A stretch of DNA of 64,000 bases from Eledone cirrhosa. Taxonomy: Eukaryota. Both the position numbers and the translations under genes were made by a program. This document shows, piece by piece, positions 54,836-64,000 of the stretch (within the stretch, counting starts at the first letter, position 1; each line of letters begins with the position of its first letter). A model generated the notes under the pieces. That model was not told the origin of the DNA. It was given only the letters and a program-made list of their open reading frames with translations, and made no database searches. The stretch spans positions 139,438,001-139,502,000 of the forward strand of contig OZ024742.1 of assembly GCA_964016885.1 (NCBI GenBank). Direction: 5' to 3'.

Positions 54836-57298
54836 TTGTCCATCATCCATATCACAATGGAAAAACAATATTTAGGAACCTCCTTAAAAAACATACCAAT
54901 ACCTTCTAAGGACGACTTCTTACTCCTTATGATTCAGAAAACTAATAATTTTATCAGAAGGGTTAGATGGAGAGCCTACCACTTCGATAGAAAATCTAAA
55001 CAAGCAGATCGGAAATATATGTATGATTTCAACACTTACAAGAATCCACCACACAACTTTTTACTTGAAGACTTCGAGAAAGACCTTTTTAATTTAATTA
55101 AACACCTCAAATTTAAAAAGTATAAATCCGTCTTTCAAAAGGACCTTGATTCTACCCTATTGGACCTAAAAAAGTCTAAAAAAATCCATGTCCACTCGGA
55201 CAAAACTGGTAACTTGTATCATATGGATATTGAACATTATAATGAGTTCATATATAAAGAACTCAGAAAAAATTATAAAAAATCTAATAATGTGTCACTC
55301 ACCAACATCAACAACAAAACACACAACATAGTAAAAAAACTAAATATTGAAGATAGAACTGAACCTTTGGCATTGAAAAGACCACACTTCAACCTGAAAG
55401 ATCACAAATCTAACTTTAACTCTAATCCTTCTATTAGACTTATATGTCCCTCCAAATCAGATATTGGAATAATTAGCAAAAAAATTTTAGATAGAGTCAT
55501 CCCACAAATAAGAAAATACGTTATTTTACCACTCTGGGAAAACACCTCCCAGGTAATTAATTGGTTTAAAAATATTAGGTGTAAATCTTCTGCTTCTTTC
55601 CTACAATTTGATATAGATAATTACTATTCTTCTATATCACCCATACTCCTGAACAAAGCATTAATATTTGCTAAAAATAGATCTAATCTAACTTCGGATG
55701 ACATTAACATTATTACACATGCTAGACAAACACTTATTGAATTTCAGAATGAATACTGGACCAGAAACACATACAGTAATCTTTTTGATATTACTATGGG
55801 TTCAAGCGATTCCGCCCAAATTACTGATCTTGTGGGCCTCTTTCTCCTTTTCAACATAAATGCCTCTTTTCCCCACCTCAAAGGTGGTTTATATCGTGAT
55901 GACTGTCTTCTTCTTTCTAACAACCTTAGCCTTTCAGAAATCGAAAAAAACAAAAAGCATATTAGAACTTTCCTTAAAGACTATTATAATCTTAATATTA
56001 CTTTTGAAAAAACAAGTAAAGTAGTAAATTTCCTAGATATAACTTTAGATTTAGCTACGGGTATATACCAACCTTACCATAAACCTAACCAAAACTTACA
56101 TTACATACACTCACAATCTAATCACCCTAAATCTATCCTTAAAAACCTTGCATATAATATATCACTTAGAATTTCTAACCTTTCTTCTAACCAAGATGTA
56201 TTTGATAAAAATGCGACCTTTTATAATGAAGCTCTAGATAGAAGTGGCCACAAAAATAGATTAGAGTATATACCTTCTACTAAAAATACTGAAAGCATAC
56301 AGCATAATATTACCAACAAACACCAAATGAAAAGTACACACCTAAATGCCACCCACAGTATACCCCAAAATACTAAATCTTCTAATATAAAGTATAGTAA
56401 CCCTCAAAAAACTACTCATCATACAACTATAATAAATATTAATAATAAAACTCCTAATAAAAAAGATAAAACACCTAAATCTACAAATATAACTAAAAAT
56501 AGTTGTGGTGAGATCATTAACATTAATCCTCCTAGTAAAAATCATGATACAACATATAAAAATAATAAAAATAATAAACAACATAGAAACCGTAATAGAC
56601 GAGTTACTTGGTATAATGCTCCTTTTAATTTACAAGTTAAGGATAATATTGCTAAAAAATTTTTTTATATCCTTGAGAAAAACTTCCCGCCAAACCACAA
56701 ATACCATCAAATCTTAAATAGGTCTACAGTTAAATTCTCATACTCTACAACAAATAACATAAAACAAAATATAAGTGCATATAATGCATATAAATGTATG
56801 AAAACCATAAGTATACCACCAGTACATCAAATTAACAATAATATCTCCTCAAATACAGAATTAACGAAAGGATGTAACTGTAGAAACAAAACAAACTGCC
56901 CATTAAAAGGGAATTGTCTTGTTAACAACATAGTCTATAAATGTAATGTTAAAACTAAAGATTCTATTTGCTCATATATAGGAGCTACCTCTAACAATTT
57001 TAAGACAAGGTATAATACCCACAAACATAGCTTTAAAAATGCCGCACTGGCTAATACAACATCTCTAGCAGAAAAAATCAATAGTTATAAAAATAAAAAT
57101 ATAAAATATGATTTGACCTGGAGTGTGCTCAAAAGAGCCACCCCTTATCAAAATAATAGAAAGGAATGTAGATTATGTTCCCAAGAACTATTTGAAATAA
57201 TGAAGTCTAGGGATATCTTATTAAATAAAAGACAGGAATTAATTATATCGTGTAATCATAAACTAAAAAAAACATTTAAATATTATAAACCTAATTAA
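54836..57298 (+). CDS. Penelope-like reverse transcriptase + GIY-YIG endonuclease (intact; first ATG 54857)
   Basis: RT motifs IRLICP, FDIDNYYSSI, ITMGSSDSAQITDL, YRDD, NFLDITL, YIHSQSNHP; Cys knuckle CNCRNKTNCPLKGNCL; GIY-YIG NIVY...SYIGAT..FKTRYNTH; C-terminal CRLCSQE...LNKRQE. Motif style recalls the Naiad clade (unverified). Confidence 0.93.
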   Translation: MSIIHITMEKQYLGTSLKNIPIPSKDDFLLLMIQKTNNFIRRVRWRAYHFDRKSKQADRKYMYDFNTYKNPPHNFLLEDFEKDLFNLIKHLKFKKYKSVFQKDLDSTLLDLKKSKKIHVHSDKTGNLYHMDIEHYNEFIYKELRKNYKKSNNVSLTNINNKTHNIVKKLNIEDRTEPLALKRPHFNLKDHKSNFNSNPSIRLICPSKSDIGIISKKILDRVIPQIRKYVILPLWENTSQVINWFKNIRCKSSASFLQFDIDNYYSSISPILLNKALIFAKNRSNLTSDDINIITHARQTLIEFQNEYWTRNTYSNLFDITMGSSDSAQITDLVGLFLLFNINASFPHLKGGLYRDDCLLLSNNLSLSEIEKNKKHIRTFLKDYYNLNITFEKTSKVVNFLDITLDLATGIYQPYHKPNQNLHYIHSQSNHPKSILKNLAYNISLRISNLSSNQDVFDKNATFYNEALDRSGHKNRLEYIPSTKNTESIQHNITNKHQMKSTHLNATHSIPQNTKSSNIKYSNPQKTTHHTTIININNKTPNKKDKTPKSTNITKNSCGEIININPPSKNHDTTYKNNKNNKQHRNRNRRVTWYNAPFNLQVKDNIAKKFFYILEKNFPPNHKYHQILNRSTVKFSYSTTNNIKQNISAYNAYKCMKTISIPPVHQINNNISSNTELTKGCNCRNKTNCPLKGNCLVNNIVYKCNVKTKDSICSYIGATSNNFKTRYNTHKHSFKNAALANTTSLAEKINSYKNKNIKYDLTWSVLKRATPYQNNRKECRLCSQELFEIMKSRDILLNKRQELIISCNHKLKKTFKYYKPN

Positions 57299-59034
57299 TA
57301 ACATTATTCTAGAATTTAATTTAATTTAAATGTTAGTTAACCTATAAATTTAATTTAATTAATATTTTATTACAGATGAGAAAATATTATGTAATCATAA
57401 ATTTTGAAAAACCTTTAAATATTACTAATATATACTCAGTAATTTAATTTATAGATTAATTTTAATTTATTTTAACCTTTTATTATAATTTTTTTTATTA
57501 TAATTCTTTTACAGATAAAATATAACAAAATAATATCATGTATCCTATGACGGAGAAAGAATTTTTAGTATTATAGACCTAATTAATATACATTTTGGAA
57601 ATATATTTATTATTTGGTTTTAGTTTTAATCAACCTAAAACTTTAATTTTAATTTGCTTAAAATTAGTATCCTTGTACAGACGAATTGCAGAATGTCATG
57701 TAATCATAGAATGGGATGTGTTTTGGATATATACCTAGTTAATATATTCTGTGCAATTTTTTGAAAAAGATATGTATATCTATATGTATATGTATATGTG
57801 TGTGTTGTATGTGTATCTGTATGTATATTTATGTGACTATATATGTATATATGTGTGTATATATATGTATATATATATATATATGTGTGTATATGTATAT
57901 ATATGTGTATGTGTATGTATATGTATATGTATGCATATTAATTTTGATTTTTATTTGCATATAATTATATTATGCTATTGATGAAATACAATATCTGCTT
58001 TATGTATTGTATACCTAATTAACATATACTAATTAACGTATACTATTGAAATAAATATATAATTTTTAATTTAGTTAACATATAATTTATATGCTACTAC
58101 CGATGTAATACTTTATTTTATTTTTATTTGGGTTTCTTTTCCCTATTACTAAATTCATCTCCTAATATTGATACCATAACGTTATTAACTTTAATTTAGT
58201 TATAATGTAATTAATAATCTACTACTGTTTGACTTCATAATTCTGCTTCAAATATTATAAACCTAACTAATTTACACCTTGGAAATCAATATGTTGACTA
58301 TCTTTGGTTTAGTTAACATATGATTAATGGTATACTTTTTTGTTTTGAGATGCATAGATTTCGTATTTCCTAGCACTGAATATATGTAAGAACATACATT
58401 GAATTAAGATACGGAAAATATTATATGTTTCTTGAAACATATATTTACTTTGATCCCCTTCTCCAAACCCCCCCTTTCCCCCATACTATTATCATCTGTT
58501 TTTGTAAGCGTATATGTATGAATATATGTGTAGGTGGGTGTCTATATAGGTTTTGGTATTTATTTCTAAATATAAAAATACATATATGAGCATGTAAATA
58601 TGAATGTAAGATTGAGTGTGTATATATGATTGTACATACATATGTATGTATATATATGTATATATATGTATTATATATGTATGTGTATGTGAATGTGTGG
58701 TATGTATATGTGTATGTATATGTATATATGTGTATGTATGTGTATGCTTGTATATAGGAATATATATATGTGTATATATGTATGTATATGTATATGCGTG
58801 TTTGTATGTATGTGTATATGGGTTCTGTATATATTTGTATGTCTCTCTATTTATATGTTTATCTTCGTATCTATGTGATATATGTGTGTGTGTGTGCACG
58901 TATGCATATGTATGTGTTTGTGTGTGTTTGTATGTGTGTGTGTATATATATGTGTATTTGCGCACACTCACATACACATATATATATATATATATGTGAG
59001 TGTGTATGTGTGTCTGTGTGTGTGTGTGTGTGTG

Positions 59035-59067
<33 letters not shown>

Positions 59068-59228
59068 GTTTATATATATATATAGATATATATATATATA
59101 TATATATATGTGTATATAGGTGTCTATGTGTGAATATATGTCTTTATTCGTATGTGTGTATTTATGTATGTATATGTTTATGTGTATGTATGTATGTGTA
59201 TATATGTATGTATATATATATATATATG

Positions 59229-59267
<39 letters not shown>

Positions 59268-59609
59268 TATTCTTTATTATTATTGTAATATAACTTATGT
59301 GTATATGTGTATAAGTGAGGTTGTGTATGTATATATACTATGTGTATATATAAGAGTAATGAAATATATATATATATATATATATGTGCATGTCTGTTTT
59401 TTATGTGTGTGTATATATGTATATGTATGTGTATATATGTGTATATATATATATATGTGTACGTGTGTGTATGTGGATATATATATATATATATATATAT
59501 ACATGTGGGGGTTTGTATGTGTATTTATGGTGGTAGAGTGTGTGGATATATATGTTTGTATATGTATGTGTATATGTATGTATATATATATGTGTCTATG
59601 TGTGTGTGT

Positions 59610-59643
<34 letters not shown>

Positions 59644-60417
59644 ATGTGTATGTGTGTATGTGTTGCGCGTGAGTGTGTGTGTATTTATATCTTTTTATAT
59701 GTGTATGTGTATGTTCGTGTAAATGTATGTGTGTATATGACTGTATAAGTATGTGTGTATGTATGTATGTGTAGGTATCTCTATGTGCGCGTACATGTAT
59801 GTATGTGTATGTATATCTGTATGTGTATGTACATTATATTATATTTATTATATTTTATTGTTTTTATTTTTTTATTTTTCTTAATTTATAGATACATTTA
59901 TATTAGGCAGTCTGGTCTGACAATCTAATACTGACCCCTCCCCCCCCCCTCCCACCTAATTTCTGTATCTTGATCTTGAAATGTGTGTACCAGTGTTTTT
60001 ATGTGAGTGACTTAATTTCTATTTGCTTATGATTTTATATCCACATATATAAATGTGAGTGGGGGAGTGTGTGTGTTTGTATGTTCGTGGTTATTGTATA
60101 TTTATGCATATACGCACATGTATGTGTGATTATACTGATATGTGTGAGTATGAAAAAAATATATTTATATGCTTGACTCCATAAGTATCATTGCGTATCT
60201 TATCAGCGCATTAAGCTTACAGAGATATTAACCTTGAAATTTTGTGTTTGCATCCATCTTTTTAGTATGCACATACAAATTATACACACATTATTGTAAA
60301 ATATGTGTAAGGTTTTTACATGTATATACACACACCAAACTGCTTTTAACCCTTTGTGTTTTCATTGGTCAATTTTGAACTGATATTTTGAATTGTTGTT
60401 ATTATCAATAAATATAC

Positions 60418-60572
60418 TTCATTATTTCTGAAGACGGCGTATATATGAGTTAGGTATGTATATTTAATCTTGATAATTTGTATAATTTTGTATAATTTTG
60501 TACATAGATCTGTTAAATATGCATACCAATTATAACACATATATACCCTAGAAACGATCGTTAAATAGTGAA
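60418..60572 (+). ncRNA. Hammerhead ribozyme, 3' pseudo-LTR copy
   Basis: Copy of 54359-54513. Confidence 0.8.
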
Positions 60573-60644
60573 CTTTTTTTGTTTAATATAAGGAATTGTT
60601 TGTTCATTATTTGTTTAATATTTTATATATATATATATATATAT

Positions 60645-60714
<70 letters not shown>

Positions 60715-61927
60715 ATGTATGTATGTAATTCGTCGACGACTAAAGCTGCAACCCCACCAAGTTTACTTGGTGAGGAGGGTGATTTTGGATACCCTGCAGG
60801 ACAAAAAACAAAACCTAGCAAAGGGCGGAAGAACCCTTAAGAGTCAACAGCCATCCAAAAATCTGTAAATATGTCTATACATATATATGTATATGTAAAT
60901 CTGTATATGCATGTGTGCATGTATATGTATATGTGTGGAGACATAGAAATTGTCGGGCTGGATACGATATCGCGCGGTTAAACCCCTGGGAGTGAAGGAC
61001 CACTAGTCTTTGTCACGGCATTCTTCTACGAAAAGGCAACTCAGGAAACTGGGATAACTCCGACATAAAACCTGCGGCTCAGTAGTTGCCGATGATGTTG
61101 ATCTTTTCTTCTTTTCGGGTTATAGCTACTGTCGCTCAGAGAATGGGATTGGCTCAGTGCACAGTATTTCCTCACTTTAAAAAACATCTTCACGCACACG
61201 CATTGCACAATGGTATTAATTAATAATTATTAATAATGTTATATCGTGCAATGGCCATACTTGATAACAAGGGGGCAGCCATCATGTATGTATATGATAT
61301 TAAATAACAGTAAGTATAAGTAGAATTTTTAGACGTATACTTTACACACTATATATATATTTCTCAGTTTTCTAAAATGTCGCACAATAGTAAGTCTGTC
61401 GAGTGAGTAAAGTAGTCATTGTTGATTTCTAATCACGTTCTGGAGACTAAAATATATATAATGACTTAGGGAGATAATTTTCTTGAGTCGGTAAGGCGTT
61501 ATAACGAAATATAAGGCCATATAATGTACCTTCGAATATATTCATTCATTAATATCGTTTATAAAACAGAAAAGAATTGCCTAATTAAATGTTGTATATT
61601 ATATATGCTGTAAATTGATATATCATTTAATAATAAGACTGACGATATTAGTTCTTAAACTATATACAAGGACGATGGTCAAGTCAGATAATTTCCAGCC
61701 AATAAATGTGCTTAACACACAGTTCAATATTATGACATGATTACTAGCAACGAGCTTGGCGTTAGATGTCGAGATTCTGTTAGAGGAGGCGGAGACTCCA
61801 CCTCGTGCGATACTTAATGTTAAGAATTATCGTAACTCTCAATAATGTATATTGAACTGGTATTATAGAAAATAAACAAAATAATTTTTAATCATTATCA
61901 TAATAAGATATATCTCTGTATTTACAG

Positions 61928-61951
61928 CTGCTACTACCGCTAAAAGTACAG
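61928..61951 (+). CDS. Candidate 24-nt micro-exon 13, (A)ATTAKST (no Cys)
   Basis: tttacAG|CTGCTACTACCGCTAAAAGTACAG|GTAAGT. Confidence 0.72.
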
Positions 61952-64000
61952 GTAAGTAATCCTTATATAACAATACACATATTTTGTCCATATGAATTAT
62001 TTTACAAGGATAGCAAGCAAATTTATATTTATTGGTCGATTACAATCTTTGAAAAATCAAATAAGGATTGCTTTATAAAATGTATAATGAAGCTAATGAT
62101 AACAGAAGCTGAAATACTTGAAGCCCTCAGCGGCTGTACGATGAACATATCACCCGGCTACGGTGGTCTCCTCTATGCGGTTTACATAGACATGTTAGAT
62201 ATGTTTTGCAATGATTATGATAGTCTTCTCTATGAGTTTAACATAGACATGCTAGACTTGTTCTTGACACTCCTTCAACCTGCCTGCAGCACAAAGCATT
62301 AATACAGGGAAATTCTCTGTTCTGTAATTCGGGGCGTAGTAAAGGTGATATATATTAATAAATGATCTAAAAGATATTATTTAATTTTTCATTATCACCG
62401 TAATGATATATATTTATTTGTATTTACGGCGGCTGCTTCTACTAAACATAAGTACTCATGATATAATAATATTTATTTTTGTCCATAAAGATAAATTATG
62501 TTTGTTACAAGCATAGCAGGTAAATTTACAGTCATTGATTTGTTACTACCTTTGATAAATCAGAAAAGAATTGTTTTATGAAATGTTTAATGAAACTTAC
62601 TATAACAGAAGCTGAAATATTTGCACACCTGGCCGGTTGATCAAGTGGCAAATCAACCGGTTACGATGGCCTCCTTTCTGAGGTTTACATAGACAAGATA
62701 AACTTATTCTCCGATGGTTATGATGGTCTCCTCTATGAGGTTTAAAGAGACATGCTTGATTTGTTCTGGGCATAATCCAGAGAAGTCAGTATGTCTCCAG
62801 CTCACTGCTTGAGTGTCAAATCCATGCAGTTCAACTGCTTTGACAAACACTGGACAGACGGGACAATGACATTTGTTTGGGTCGTCTGGTTTTGTCTACA
62901 CCTCCAAGTGGTTAAGGACTGGGATGGGGTAGCATGGATATACACATGAGGTAGCATGGATATACACACAAAGGCATTGTTTTGATATGCACTCTTTTTT
63001 CCTGCTATTAATTTTGTCTCTCACTCTTTTAAGTTGTGAAATAGACTGGTTAGCTACGCACGCGGCTGACACATTTCAGCTCGCTACTATATTGCTATAT
63101 AATGGATGATCGCATTTAAAGTCCGTTTAAGGTTCTTGGCGCTACCATTGTTACCATCGCTTTCCTCTAGCCTTGGAGACATGAACCGAATGCTACCATT
63201 CTATTTTATATCAATGTGAACTGCTATTTCTAATGGCCATCTTCTGATCCTTTGATAATTTATGTGTGCGACACGTTGGCTGAGTGCTTCTGACAGGAAA
63301 GAAAAGATTAATTCTGTTTAGCTTCCTGTCCCCATGTAAAATTTGTAAATCAGTGGCTAGTTGAGAGATAGAGTCCTATCGGTTGCCAGTTGCTAATAGC
63401 TTTACCGTGACAGACGTCACAAACAGTCATGGCCGGCATAGACTGGTCTTAGGATTCTGTCGATCGATTAGTTATTGATTAGGCGATACCCGCTGATCAA
63501 GCTGCATAAGCCGATTGTGCATTGTTGCATACTATATGCAGACAGATGGTGCAGTGCACCTTATTGGTGCCTTAGTGCGGTAGAAACTCGAGTCCGGGAA
63601 CCTTATAGGCACCCGTTTTAAGTGCGTTGTGTTGAAGCAAATAATTTGTGTATACTCTGGGAATGTATCTTACATTGCCCATGGAGTGCGCTGAGATACA
63701 ACCGGTACAGGCATTGATAAATATGCTGGTTCCGTCAACCCTTGTTATATATATGTATATATATATATATATATATTTATTAAAATAACAGATTAAAGTT
63801 TAAGCAAAGAACCGCTGCTTTCACCCTTAACGGGATCTTCGGAAACTTAAGGGTGAAAGCAGCGATTCTTTGCTTAAACTTTAATCTGTTATTTTAATAA
63901 ATATTTGCTCTACGGTTCTTATATATTTGATATATATTTATCCTTATCGAGCCCTCTTTGGATTTTAGTCTTCAAGTTTATTATTATTACTATATATATA

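Larger units (their letters stand above)
51687..60626 (+). mobile_element. Penelope-like retroelement, partial tandem with inverted pseudo-LTR, inserted in (TA)n
   Basis: 51687-52086 is the reverse complement of 54305-54704; 52106-54566 is a direct repeat of 58164-60626; RT/GIY-YIG ORF lies between; (TA)n of the host unit on both sides. Confidence 0.93.

Noticed and set aside
54836-57298. Selenoprotein-type Naiad ORF
   Set aside because: No in-frame TGA in the ORF, so no evidence of recoding.

Overview
AT-rich animal (eukaryotic) genomic DNA with dense (TA)n/(TG)n microsatellites. Its SINE resembles, from recall only, the abundant tRNA-derived SINE of octopods. The window is a tandem array of 13 copies of a ~3.8-kb unit (2.8-13.6 kb with insertions or deletions). 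The main finding is not in the ORF track: each unit has one 24-nt phase-1/phase-1 candidate micro-exon between invariant splice sites (tttacAG|24 nt|GTAAGT). These are much more variable than the near-identical flanks, and almost only at codon positions 1 and 2. Spliced in order they read without a stop as octapeptide repeats, mostly with a fixed Cys (xAGVPKCT PPATATCT TAGVAECT TAVVPKCA AGVTPNCT ... AATTAKST). This suggests the interior of a micro-exon gene diversifying by whole exon+intron duplication; no RNA evidence is available. Units also carry a disabled 18-nt sister micro-exon, decayed LINE ORF2 fragments, an inverted SINE pair (9 units) and perfect hairpins (a subfamily). Three units hold an internally deleted Helitron (Pif1-like helicase only). 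One intact Penelope-like element (RT + GIY-YIG) with direct and inverted pseudo-LTRs carries three copies of a hammerhead ribozyme.
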